Source of the DNA: the human T2T-CHM13v2.0 reference genome, Homo sapiens
Direction: 5' to 3' (one strand)
Assembly (NCBI RefSeq): GCF_009914755.1
Contig: NC_060947.1
DNA length: 64,000 bases
Shown: piece by piece, positions 20,200-33,348 of the stretch
How the letters are laid out: every line of letters begins with the position of its first letter
How positions within the stretch are numbered: position 1 is the stretch's first letter
The notes under the pieces: generated by a model
Database searches by the model: none
What the model was told of the DNA's origin: nothing
Seen by the model: the letters and a program-made list of their open reading frames with translations, nothing else
Made by a program: the position numbers and the translations under genes

Positions 20200-23085
20200 A
20201 GTGCTCTATTATAACATTTCTGGTGTTAAAAACTTGCTTAGAGGCTGCTTAATCTTAACACACAATTCTAGGTTATTTGAGTGGGCCCTTCTTGGAAAAT
20301 CTTCAAAGTGAGCAAGACCCACAGATGCCTGCAGCAAGAGATTATGGGTGGAGACTTGGAATAGATGATCTAAGGCCCAAGAGGAGGCTGAGGTAAAACA
20401 CTTTAGAAGATTAAGACATTTAAAAGTAGCCATGTATATAGAGAATCAAAAAGCCACACACAGGCCAGTAAAGATGTATACTTAGAAAATGTCTGAGAGA
20501 CCTTAATCATTCCAATTTGGCTAATCACAAGACATATGTGATGGGTGATATTATGTGTCAAATTGACTGGGTTATGACGTGCCCAAATAACTTCTTAAAC
20601 ATTATTTTTGAGCATATCTCTAAGGGTGCTTCTGGAAGAGATTAGCATTTGAATTGGTGATGTGAGTAAAGAAGATTGCCATCACTAACATAGGTGGCAT
20701 TATCTAATTCTTGAGAGCCTTAATAGAACAAAAAGGCAAAGTAAGCTTGAATTCACTCTCTGTCTGACTGCTTGCTCTGGGACATCAATATCCTCCTGCC
20801 CTTGGTGCTCCTAATTCTCAGGTCTTCAAATTTGGACCAGAATCTACACCATTGGCTCTCTGGCTCTCAGGCCTTCAAAGTGCACCACCAACATTCCTGG
20901 GTTGCCAGCTTGCATGTGGCAGATTGCAGGACTTCTTGGTCTCCATAATTCTGTAAGCCAATAATTTTGTAAGCCATAATACTGTAAGCCAATATCTTAT
21001 AAATTTTGCGTGTGTGTGTGTGTGTGTGTGTATCTCCTAATGGTCCTGTTTTTTTTGGACAACCTGATCTAACACAGCCTAGAACATGCCCAGCTAATTA
21101 GTGAAGGATATTTTCCAGGCACAGAGCCAGTTCAAAAAGACTAGGAGAGGTGACTGATTTTTTAAAAAAATGCCCAACTTTCAACAAAATATATCCACAG
21201 GCATACACAGAAACATAAACATGCCCTGTTCAAAGGAAGAAAATAAAATAGCAGAAATCTTTTCTGAAAAATAGACACACATCTGACTTACCAGCCAAAA
21301 AAACATAAAACAATTATAAATATAATCAAAGAGCTAATAAAAAACATAAACAAAGGACTAAGGAAAACCAGGAAAATAATCTATAAATGAGAATACCAAT
21401 AAGAAATATAAATTATGAAGAGGAACCACACAAAAATTTTGAAGATAAAAATATAACACCATATTTAAAAATTTCCCTGAGAGAATGAGCAGCAGGCTCA
21501 AACAGGTTAAAGAAATAATTAATGAAATAAAAGATAAGATATTTGATAATTTCCTGTCTGAGGATCAAAAGGAAAATTAAGGATGAAGAAATGTGAACAG
21601 AGCCTAAAAAAATATAGAACACCATTAAGCAAAACAATATTTGCACTATGGGAGTTCTAGGAAAATATAGACAGAGAAAGGGGAAGAGTGCTTATTTTAA
21701 GAAAGAATGGCCCAAAATTTTGCATATTTGAGGAAAGACATAAAGCATCAAATCCAAGAAGCTAAACAAACTCTATGTAAGTAAACCCATAAAGACCCAC
21801 AATAAGATACATGATAATCAAACTATCAAAAGGCAAAAACAAAGGAAAAATATTAAAGCAGCAAGAGGAAAGGGACTTATATACAATGGGTATATATTTT
21901 TCAATAAAAGATGCAGCAGATTTCTCAGTAGAAACATTGGAGAACAGAGACAATGGAATGATGCATTTAAAGTATGGAAGAAAAAAACTGTCTAATGAGA
22001 TATTTTATATTTGACAAAATTGCCCTTCAAATTGAAGAAAATTTAGACATTCTCATGTAAACCAAAACTGAAAAATGCTATTTTCACTAGACCTTCCTTA
22101 CATGAATTGCTAAAGAAAGTCTCTCAGGTTGAAATAAAATGATGCTAGATAATAAATTAAAGATTTATGAAAATATAAATATCTTCACCAAAGGTAAATA
22201 CATGAGTAAATACAAAAACCAGTATTGTTGTAATTTTTATTTGTAACTTCACTTTTTATTTTATATAGGATAAATAAAAAATTATAAACACATGTTGGTG
22301 GGCACAGAATATATTAAAAATACCATTTGTGGAATCAATACCATAGAATGAGGGTAGACAGAACTGTAAATAAGAAGAGTGCAGCAAAAGCATTGCTAAG
22401 GGAAAAATTTATACCTGTAAATAATTGCATTAAATCAAAGAAGAAAGATCTGAAATCAACAACATAACTTCATATGTTAAGGAACTACAAAAAGAAGAAG
22501 AAACTAAACCCAAAAGTAGTAGAAAAAATACATAATAAAGATAGCAGAGGAATTAAAAAGAGAAAATAGAAAAACAATATAGAAAAATCTTTGTATCCAA
22601 AAGTTTGTTCCTCAAAAACATAAACAAAGTTGTGAAACATTTAGGTAAGTTAACTAATAAGAAAAGAGATTTTTCAAGCTACTAAAATGAGCATTGAAAG
22701 TGGGTACATTACTACTGACTTCATAAAATAAATGGAATAAATAAAATAAAGATTTAGTAAATATAAGGCTTAAAATAATGTTCTATGAACAATGGTATGC
22801 CAACAAACTGAATAATCTAAATGAAATGGACAAATTCCTAGATACACATAACTTATCAAAACAATAAAGAATAAAAATGTACATATATTGATAATTCATA
22901 ATCAAAAACCTCACAGCAAGAAAAGTCCTAGACAAAATGGCTTCACTGATGAATTCTACTGAACATTTACATAAGAATGAACATGACTCTGGCTCAAACT
23001 CTGAAAAATTTGGAGAGAAGAATACACTTTCAAATTCATTATATGAGACCAGCATTACCCAGATATCAAAGCCAGCCGAGGACGC
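20200..23085 (+). mobile_element. Old L1M 5'UTR/ORF1/partial ORF2 fragments (interrupted by MLT2)
   Basis: A-rich ORF1-like sequence (gcagatttctcagtagaaacattggag); ORF2-like aatggtatgccaacaaactgaataatctaaatgaaatggacaaattcctaga. Confidence 0.8.
20537..21076 (+). mobile_element. MLT2C/D ERVL LTR
   Basis: tgtgatgggtgatattatgtgtcaaattgactggg...ctgatctaacaca; internal (TG)n near 21010. Confidence 0.85.
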
Positions 23086-23099
23086 ACACACACACACAA

Positions 23100-24180
23100 A
23101 AATGTTTGCACAGGATATGCTACATTGCTGCCCCACTGCTGCTGACATATGTGCATGAAAACAGACCTCACTGCTACTGCGCCTATAAAGCACTTTCTTT
23201 GGCACCTCCAATTTGAGTGTCATGGCCAGTGGACTGGGAACACCTTGGCCCCTCCAGCTTAGCACATGGTTAACCTCAAGGGGTAAGAGAACAAAGCAGT
23301 AGGTCTGGTCCCAGCTCTTCAGGGATGGAGCATGCAGCCCAGCGGTGCTGAGCTGAGCCTGGGCCCCATGAAATTATCTAGAAATGAAGCCACCTGACTG
23401 AACCCAACTTATATCACAGTCAAACACTGAAGGGCATAAAGTAATATAAAAGCTAAAAGCCCCATTCAGAAGACAGCGACTTCAAAAATTAAAGGAACAT
23501 TCATACAGAACCAGTACAAGATCTCTGGCAACTAAAAAAGCCATTGTCTTTTACCTCCAAATGACTGAACTAGCACCCCAGCAATGGTTCTTAACCAGCC
23601 TTAAGTGGCTTAAATGTCAGACATAGGAATTGGAATCTCTATGGCAATGAAGATCATAGAGATTTAGGATTAAGTTGAAATCCAATCCAAGGAATCCAGG
23701 AAAATAATACAAAAACTCACAGACAAAAAAGTCATTTTAAGAAAGAACCAAGCTGATCTTCTAGAACTGAAAAACTCACTACAATAATTTCATATTACAA
23801 TTGAAAGTATTAACAGCAGAATAGGTAAAGCAGAGGAAAGAATCTCACAGTTTGAAGAGTGGGTATTTGAATCAACTAAGTCATATAAAAATAAAGAAAA
23901 AAAATAAAAAAGAATCAGAAAATTTTCTGATAAATATAGGATTAAGTAGAGACCAAAGCTATGACACATTGGCAACACTGAAAGAGAGTGAAAGCAAGCA
24001 ACTTGCAAAGCATATTTGAAGATGTTGTGCATAAAAAATTTTCCAACCTCACCAGAGAGGTCAAATTTTAAACAAAATTTCAGAGAATCTTGTGAGATCC
24101 TATAAAGAACAACCATCTCAAAGACACACAGTAATCACTTTAACCAAAGGTCAATGCAAAAGAAAAATATTAAAGTAAAC
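23100..24180 (+). mobile_element. L1PA13-16-type 5'UTR/ORF1 fragment
   Basis: cctccaaatgactgaactagcaccccagcaatggttcttaaccag and ORF1-like gaggaaagaatctcacagtttgaagag. Confidence 0.8.
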
Positions 24181-24188
24181 TAGTATTA

Positions 24189-24807
24189 TTTTAGAAAATG
24201 TCTGTTTGTCCTTTGCCCACTTTGTTATGGGTTTTTTTTTTTTTCTTGTAAATTTGTTTAAGGTCCTCATAGATGCTGGATATTAGATCTTTGTTGGATG
24301 CATAGTTTGCAAAAATAATTATCTCATTCTATATGCTGTTTACTCTGTTGATAGTTTTCATTTGCTGTGCAGAAGCTCTTTAGTTTAATTAGATCTAATT
24401 TTTAAATTTCTGTTTTTGTTGCAATTGCTTTTGGTGTCTTCATCATGAAATTCCTGCCTGTGCCTATGTCCTGAATGGTATTGACTAGGTTGTCTTACAT
24501 GGTTTTTATAGTTTAGAGTTTTACATTTAAGTCTTTAAGCCATTTGAGTTAATTTTTGCATATGGTGTAAGGAAGAGGTCCAGTTTCAATCTTCACCATA
24601 TGGCTAGCCAGTTATCCCAGCACTATTTGTTTAATAGAAAATATTTTCCTTTTTTTGGTCAGGTTTGTTGAAGATCAGATAGTTGTAGGGGTGTGGTATT
24701 ATTTCTGGGCTCTCTATTCTGTTCTATTGTCCTATATGTGTCTTCTTGTACCAGTACCATGTTGTTTTGGTTACTGTAGCCTTGTAGCATAATTTTAAGT
24801 AAGGTAG
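24189..24807 (-). mobile_element. L1PA13-16-type ORF2 3' fragment
   Basis: gctgtgcagaagctctttagtttaattagatc...gtaccagtaccatgttgttttggttactgtagccttgtag. Confidence 0.9.
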
Positions 24808-25792
24808 TGTGTCCGAAATTGGTGGGTTCTTGGTCTCACTGACTTCAAGAATGAAGCCGCAGACCCTCGCGGGTGAGTGTTACAGTTCTTAAAGATGGTG
24901 TGTCTGGAATTTGTTCCTTCTGATGTTCGGACATGTTCAGAGTTTCTTCCTTCTGGTGGGTTCATGGTCTCGCTGGCTTCAGGAGTGAAGCTGCAGACCT
25001 TCACGTTGAGTGTTACATCTCTTAAGGCGGCACATCTGGAATTGTTTGTTCATCCCGTCTGGAGTTGTTCATTCCTCCCAGTGGGTTTGTGGTCTCACTG
25101 GCCTCAGGAGTGAAGCTGCAGACCTTAGCAGTGAGTGTTACAGTTCATAAAGGCAGTGCCGACCCAAAGAGTGAGCAGCAGCAAGATTTATTGCAAAGAG
25201 CGAAAGAACCAATCTTCCACAGTGTGGAAGAGGACCCCAGCGGGTTGCCGCTGCTGGTTTGCGCAGCCTGCTTTTATTCCCTTATCTGACCCCACCAACA
25301 TCCTGCTGATTGGTCCATTTTACAGAGAGATGATTGGCCCATTTTACAGAGAGCTGATTGGTCCATTTTGACAGGGTGCTGATTGGTGCATTTACGAACC
25401 TTGAGCTAGACACAGAGTGCTGATTGGTGCATTTACAATCCTTTTGCTAGACACTAAAGGTTTCCAAGTCCCCACTAGATTAGCTAGACATAGAGCACTG
25501 ATTGGTGCATTTACAAACCTTTAGGTAGACACAGAGTGCTGATTGGTGCATTTACAATCTCTTAGCTAGACACAGAGTGCTGATTGGTGCATTTACAATC
25601 TTCTAGCTAGACATAAAAGTTCTCCAAGTCCCCACCCGACTCAGGAGCCCAGCTGGCTTCACCTAGTGGATCCCTTGCTGGGGCCGTGGGCGGAGCTGCC
25701 CGCCAGCTCCTGCACTCCTCAGCCCTTGGGCGGTTGATGAGACAGGGTGCTGCAGAGCAGGGTTGGAACCCTTCAGGGAAGCTCGGGCCACG
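24808..25792 (-). mobile_element. LTR12 (ERV9) LTR, 3' part
   Basis: 3' terminus tgtgtccgaaattggtgggttcttggtctcactgacttcaagaatgaagccg; tandem gctagacacagagtgctgattggtgcatttac enhancer units 25370-25610. Confidence 0.95.
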
Positions 25793-25802
25793 GGGCAGAG
25801 AG

Positions 25803-25908
25803 GGGCCAGAAGCTGCGGAGGGTGCGCTAGAATTCTCGCTGGGCCTCAGCTGCCTCCCCGTGGGGCAGGGCTCACGACCTGCAGCCTGCCATGCCTGAGC
25901 CCCCCCTC
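25803..25908 (+). mobile_element. LTR12 U3 fragment in opposite orientation
   Basis: gccagaagctgcggagggtgcgc...cagggctcacgacctgcagcctgccatgcctgagcc matches the sense strand of the GC-rich LTR12 U3. Confidence 0.8.
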
Positions 25909-26474
25909 CACGGACACAAAGAAGGGAACAACAGACACTACAATATGGCCATTTAATAAAAACTTTGGGACTTGAAAAGTAAATCATATGTAACATTTAA
26001 TATTGATCCTGAAATGAAATTTCTTCCATCAAATATTAAAAGATAATATTTTACCATGTTGAATATTTAAATAAGTAAATATGTTAAAATTATTTTATTT
26101 CACAAAACCACACAAGAAACCACTGGAATGGATTTAAGTGTATTACATACAGTGTTCTTTGACATGTATATATCTATTTCTATAAATAGTGTTTTACTAG
26201 TCATTGAAAAAGTAAAAAAAAAACTGTTTTGCGTCATTTAGTAATTAAAAATTGTATTTTCAAAATAATTTGAGTAATTATGTCCCATTTGTCTGAATTG
26301 ATTGGATAATATGAAATATTGGCTATAGAATGGGAAAATGGTAGAATACTCTCTTATTTAATATCTCCATTTTAGGTAACAGTAAGCTGATATTTCTAAA
26401 TGCTTCTATTTCACTTAAAATTTTAAGCCATATATGCCAACAAAAAACAACCAATTATTGGTTATTATTACCTA

Positions 26475-26927
26475 TGTGAAAGAAAAATAAATCTTGGGAC
26501 CCCAAAATCACTAAGCTAAAGGGAAAAGTCAAGCTGGGAACTTCTTAGGGCAAACCTGCCTCCCATTCTATTCAAAGTCATTCCTCTGCTCACTGAGATA
26601 AATGCATATCTGATTACTTCCTTTGGGAAGAGTAATCAGAAACTTAAAATAATGCCACTTGTGTCTCTTATCTACCTTGGATGCCTCCTCCCCACTTGGA
26701 GTTGTCCTGCCTTTATGGATGGAAGCAATGTACATCTTACATATATTGAATGATGTCTCCTATCTCCCTAAAATGTATAAAACCAAGTTGCGCTTTGACC
26801 ATCTTGAGCACATGTCGTCAGCACCTCCTGAGGTTGTGTTGTGGGCACTCATCCTTAACTTTGGCAAAACAAACTTCTTAAACTTCTGAAATTGACTGAG
26901 ACCTGTCTCAGGTATTTAGGGTTCACA
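26475..26927 (+). mobile_element. MER4A solo LTR
   Basis: tgtgaaagaaaaataaatcttgggacccc...gttcaca with perfect 4-bp TSD CCTA. Confidence 0.95.
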
Positions 26928-27904
26928 CCTAATTATGTAAGTTTGCAGTGCTGAATTAACTCAGCTTGGCATAGAATTGCATTAACTTATTTTCCAACAT
27001 CTACCTACGGTACTGCCAAACACTTCCTTTAGAAATTGCTTACACTGTTGAGAAATGGATGCTACTGGTGTGGATTATTCTCTGGGACACACTGCTGAGT
27101 TTCTTCCAGCACAATGAAGGGAGCTTTCACAAGTCAGGTTCTCCAGCCATAACTCAAAAAATTGTCACCCATGATAGTAAATGTGCTAGTTACCTAGGGG
27201 GAGGAAAAAAAAACAAAAAACTTGTAATAGCATGAGAACTGCTGATATAGTACAGAGTAGTATGATTACCCTTTGTATAGTGAAACTGAAGTATTTTCTT
27301 CTATTACTAACCCCCTACATCTCACTAGTCACACTTTTTAGGCCTTTTATATTTACACTACTATCCATGCCCTTTTTTCTATATTTTTCTTCCCAAATCA
27401 CCTTATTAGCTTTAAATATCACATCTCTTAATGAAAGAAGGAAATATGGGATGAAGTACTTTACATTGATATCCTAGAAGGTTCTAGGTATATTTGTCAT
27501 GTTACTATATTGATTAAAATCAGACAAACCTTGAATTGCTGTTTTGGAAATGAAAATAGGGTCAGAAAAGAAACCATCCCTTTGACAGGGCTCTGAAGTC
27601 AAGAAGAAGGTGAAGGAGCCTAATGAATTCCACAAGGCAAGTAAACTTTATTAATTGCTTCTAGAGATCAGCCCTACTAATCACATTGCCTGTTTCTATA
27701 AAGTTAACGAATCAAGTTGACCTTTTATCGCATTCTCTACAGTTCTCTACTGCTGTTCTGCAAACATTTTGCATATGGTACATGACACTGTGGCCTGAGA
27801 GCAACAATGTAAGTATATATCTATGAGCACAGCAGTTCTGTGTAGTAAGCAACTGAGCAAGCATTTCAGCAATGATCTGAAAATGTAGATAATATCTGAC
27901 AATT

Positions 27905-27918
27905 CCAGCAGATGGCCA
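27905..27918 (+). promoter_or_regulatory. Candidate CTCF core motif
   Basis: CCAGCAGATGGCCA versus consensus CCASYAGRKGGCRS; motif match only. Confidence 0.3.
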
Positions 27919-28249
27919 CCATTAATGGGTAGCTATTATCTCATTTGTAAAATCAGAGCAGTAGAATTGATTCTATCCATTTATAAAACTAGTAGTTTCT
28001 TTCACAATTTGTGTATGCATTGACTTCCAGTAATACTTGTACTTAGCAATGCCAGTATTATTTGCATAATTTTTAAAAAGTCTGCTTGAAGATTATGTTT
28101 AAAATTCAAAAATATAAAAAATGTATGATCTCAAAATAATAAGTTTGCTTTTTTTCCACTTCAATTTTTGGTCCCACTTCTCAGGGTTACTCCAAATTAA
28201 TTAATATACACATGTTTGAAGATTTTACTTCAAATGCAGAAAATTGCTA

Positions 28250-28782
28250 CGGCATATTGTATTTTTCAAAAATTGTCACATCATTTAGATCAGAGATCCA
28301 TTCTCTTATGTTCTTCTAGAATTTTGCTACTCTTCATTAAGGGGTATAATATACTTCCCCTTCCCTTTAACCTAGGCAAGCCTATGCTTTTGCCTCAAAA
28401 AATATAATGTGATGGAAGTCATACTGCTTTGACCTCCAATACAATTATAAAATGCATTATGGTTTCTATCTTCCTCTTTATTTTGGAATGATAGTCCTTG
28501 TCACCCACTCACCATGTGGTGAGGAAGCCCAGGTAACATAGAATAGACATAGGTCTCAACCAGCAGCACACATCAACTACTAAACATATGAATACACAAG
28601 CCTTTAGATAAATCCAGCCCCCAAATCCATACTTTAAATCATTCCACCTTATGCCAAGTAGAGCAGAGATGAGCTAATCTCAGTCACATGCTGCACAAAT
28701 TGCAAATATTTGAGCACTATAATCTTGTTTTAAGCCACTAAGATTTTGAGTTATTTGTTACTCAGGAATAGTATCTGGAATA
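28250..28782 (+). mobile_element. Old MLT1 (G/H-like) LTR
   Basis: caccatgtggtgaggaagcccagg and 3' end ttttaagccactaagattttgagttatttgttactcag. Confidence 0.7.
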
Positions 28783-28807
28783 TTTGCCAATTCTAAGATA
28801 GCATCCC

Positions 28808-28942
28808 TGGTATCTCTTCTTCTTCTTATAAGGACATCAGCCATATTGGATTAAGGCCCCATTTAACTTTAACTCTTTAAATGCTACATCTCCAAATACA
28901 CTCATATTGTGGATTAGAGTTTCAACATATGAATTTGGGAGG
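28808..28942 (-). mobile_element. MLT1 LTR 5' fragment
   Basis: cttataaggacatcagccatattggattaaggccc...ttcaacatatgaatttgggagggac. Confidence 0.75.
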
Positions 28943-30746
28943 GACGCAATTCCGTCCATAACTATGTGCATGTGTATATATGTAAATATATGTCAAATAT
29001 ACACATATATATTAAAATTTTATCTGACTGCATACTTAAGATATGTTTTTCATTGTATGTCAGTTAAACTTCAATAAATTGAAAAATTGTGGCATAAAGT
29101 TATTTTTATATGCATCTTTGTGAAATTTACTCTCTTCATGAAATAATAGTTTTATTATTTTCCTGTTCCATCTTGGACTCTACTACTTTTTAAGTAAATT
29201 GTAACTAATCAGCCCAAATATATATAGACTCTCCAAAACAATAAATGAATCTATAAGTTCCAATGTATAATTTCTCTCCTTCTGAAAGCATCTCAATTAA
29301 ACTAACTTATTTGATGCAGAGTAAAATATTGTTCATTTTCTTCATGATTTGGCCACTGTTGTTTAAGCATGTTTGATTTCCTTTTTCCTGGCATAGTCTG
29401 CCTATTAATGGCAAGTATGATCATATCCAGCCTAGCTGCCTGCCCCAGGTATAAAAGCTACCATGAATCTCAGTTTACACACCAAGGGCTTGTTTCTTTC
29501 TGGGATTCAGTTCATCAAGACATTGTTAAATTCACCACTCTTCGTTAGCCCTATGGGGTAAGTTTTAATTTGTCTGGTTTTTCATGTGTGAACCCAAGAT
29601 AAAAGATCTTTTCTATCCTATCTAAATCCCAACCATAAGAAAAACTCTTAGCAGTTAAATTTAATAGTATGATGTGTTTGCAAATTGTAGGAATTACATT
29701 TATTGGATTTTCTCTTGGCAAAGTACAAGAAAATCTAAGACAGGACAGGGACCTATAACAATGTGCAAGACTACATCAATTTTGAGTAGTGTGTCTTTTA
29801 GTTATACAATGAAACTTCAAATGATAGATAAAATTGCAAATATGGTATCCATTTTAAGGTATTTTGTTTTGGCTTGAATAAAAATAATTTTATGTAGATA
29901 TTTTATTTTTTAATTATAAAGATGTTTTATAAAAATTATATAATCAGCATGATGTAGAGACACTTTTTCATGTAACTACATTAGTAAAGTCTAGAGGAGC
30001 TGGCTGATAGATAATCTGTTTTCTATCAGGAATATTCTGTCAATGATCACACAATTTCAGCATTAAAATTAGACGAACCACATGGGTTTGAAATGTCTTG
30101 AAATTGAAAAATATAATAGAGGCTCTGTTAAATTACCGGTATGTAAATTTCAGGATATACTATGTCATAATTTGTTTTGCTCCCACATTATAGAATAATC
30201 ATTATTGTTGCCTGCATAAGTTGAAAGAAATAGAATCTTGTAAATATTGACTCGTTAAAGTAAAGAATTATAAATTTTCAGGTGTGCCTTATTCTGACAT
30301 AGAAAGAATCAATATATACTCAATAATTATATCCAATATATGCAAAGAAATGCAAGTAGACATGGAAAGATTTTGAAGTTTGACAATCTCTGATATAAAG
30401 CCCTTATGAAAGTTCATGATTTCCTATAGTGTCTGTGATAGGAAAGGAAAATAAAGGCTACTGAAGATCAATTCCTGATGAATGCAATGTATCTACCAAT
30501 GTCAACTATCTTCTACATGTCAAAGACAAAGGACAGGAATATGAAGTACCTTTAAACTACATCTATAATCCCCAACTATTTATATATTTGTGGCATGCTA
30601 CAGGCTTTGATACGTGGCTGGCTGATGTTTACATAAGGGGAAGAAATGCCATAAATTTTTAATATGTAAGTCTCTACCATTGTTATATCACTTCATTGTA
30701 ATTTCAAAATAATCAAATTATTGATGGCCCTACCCAAAGTCAATGA

Positions 30747-31060
<314 letters not shown>

Positions 31061-31084
31061 CACTACTCCATTCTTTATTAAAAG

Positions 31085-31546
31085 AACTTCAAGTTTATTT
31101 AGGCTGTAAATGAGTCCAAATAGAAATACCTAATTTCCCAGCCTCCCTTGAAGCTGCAGTGAATTTGTGACACAATTCTAGCCAATGAGATATAGGCAGG
31201 AATTTCTGGGGAGGAAATCCATTTTTAATAAAAAGGCAACATGTCTCTAGGAAGAATCTCTTCATCATTTCACCTTTTGCCCTTTTGCCTGTCTAACTGG
31301 TTTTAAAGCCAGCAGGTCTTATATGACTACTGGATACCCTTGAGCATGAAAGCCTTTACACTCTAAGATAAGCAGAATTGAAAGTTGGAAAGATCTTGGC
31401 TCCCTGTTGGCATTGGTGAATCTCATTAACAACCCTGAACTTCCTGCCACTGGGCTTCTTTTCATGTCATAAAAATAAATTCTTCTCTGTTTAGCTGTAT
31501 TCTTTGAGTTTGCTATTACTCATAACTGAACATATCCTGACCTGAT
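31085..31546 (+). mobile_element. MLT1J/K-like LTR
   Basis: ttcccagcctcccttgaagct...ttctagccaatgagatataggcag...ttactcataactgaacatatcctgac. Confidence 0.65.
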
Positions 31547-32960
31547 GGCAGAAGAAGTGAAATTTTATAAATCAAAGCTGTTCTTTTGTGGATGTGGTTT
31601 ATGAATTGTAAGATTAAAAAAGAAAACCCTGTTAAGGAGTTGTTTATTGTAAAGTTCTGAGGACTCATGTATAAACTCTCCTGGACATCATTAAGACTTC
31701 ATATTTGGTACAGATATATTTTAAGGAATGGTCTGTTTATAACTGTTAAGAGAGGACAATAGGGTTGCAAGTTGTTTAAAAATATGAGGGAAGCATTGGA
31801 AATTTTAGGTATTGACATTTTCAATTTAATTTAATTAATGAGTCATGAGAAACAGAAATTGCTTTATGAGCTCAAAATAGGTATGTAGCAAAAAGCAAAA
31901 AATATCTTCTTGTGGTGCATTCAAAGTAGAATCTCATTTGTTGGATGGGATCTCTGTAAAAAACAGCATAGCACAAAATGGGGAAAGGGAACCTAGTATT
32001 GCAATTAATTGGTGCAATTTAATTGCACCAATAATGGGTGCAATTAAAAATGTAATGAACCTTTTCAAGGGCTTTTGTTTATGGTATGAACATAAATACC
32101 TATGCTTTAGAAATTACATGAAAACCTTTGAAATTATCTTAAAAACTGGGTGATATAGAGGACTTATCTATGTTGTTGATTCAGGAAAGTTCAGAAAGCT
32201 CAGTAAACAGTCTGATGTTCTTGATAAGAGCAAGAGAACATCAGCGGTCACACATGCCATCTTTTATATGGAATATGCAACCTAGACCTAAAAGTGCCTG
32301 AGAGCAAGAAGTGTATAATTGTGATCTACAGTACATATTATGTGGCAGGTATATGTAGAAGGACAGGACAACTCATATTGAAATTGCTATGTCAGTAATA
32401 TATGAACAAGTTCCTTATATGGTACCAGATTCTAGCAAATATATCATCAAATATCAGATTTGTTCATTTTGTCCATGAATATGCAGCATAGGTCAGAAAC
32501 AGCTTTTGACTACAAAGAGTTCCTTCTTGAATCTGTTTATTACTTTTCCTTGCTGGAGGCCCTGTTATGTGGTAGATGTGTGTATAAGGACAGGCAAAGT
32601 TATGGTGAATTTGCTGTGTCTAAAGCATTTGCCTATGAAGCATAGACATTTAAATGTAATTTGAATAAAACATTTCTAAAGAGGCTGATTTGGTTAATCA
32701 AAGCAACTCTTTTTAAGGAATTTTGTATATCTTCAGTTGAAGAGTCTTCTTTAAATGGTTGGCTAATATAAAATATTTAGAATCTTTCTGTGAAACTTAA
32801 ATTTCTGTAATAAGATAAAAAATCTTTGGGATTCTCTCAAGTTCCCAAGATGGAAAAAGTATTAATAAGTTTAAAGGGATGCCAGGTTTTTAGATAAAGT
32901 CTGAAGAGAAGTTACATAGAAAAAAATGTTCAAAGCAATGAAAATGTTCTTTAAACATGA

Positions 32961-33000
32961 TGTGTATGTGTGTGTGTGTGGTGTGTGGTGTGTGTGTGCA
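32961..33000 (+). repeat. Imperfect (TG)n microsatellite
   Basis: tgtgtatgtgtgtgtgtgtggtgtgtggtgtgtgtgtgca. Confidence 0.8.
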
Positions 33001-33348
33001 TGCACAGATGTGTATGTGGGAGTGTGTATGTTCAAGTTAGAATGGTTTCCACTGTTGGTGAAATGGGTCCATAATTTGTAGGGATTTTATTCATTGTATG
33101 TGTCCTCTACAAAAGGCAACTATTCCAGAATGGGGGCAGAGATTTATAAGCTTACTTAGGATGGCATTCAATACATAATTTGTTGTTTAGCAGCATGAGA
33201 AGAGTTTGGTGACTACTTGATCATAAAGTAATAACCTCCTTCTAGTAGATTGTGCTTTCTGAGCAAAACAAAACTCTTTTATGATGAAACTAGTCTTAGA
33301 TAATGATCAGTTTTTAAATGGAAAATACCATGAAATAAAAATGAAAAT

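Noticed and set aside
25370-25610. Regularly spaced direct repeats resembling a CRISPR array
   Set aside because: The spacers are not unique; these are the ERV9 LTR12 tandem enhancer units in a eukaryotic genome
25680-25910. GC-rich island suggesting a gene promoter
   Set aside because: Fully explained by the GC-rich LTR12 U3
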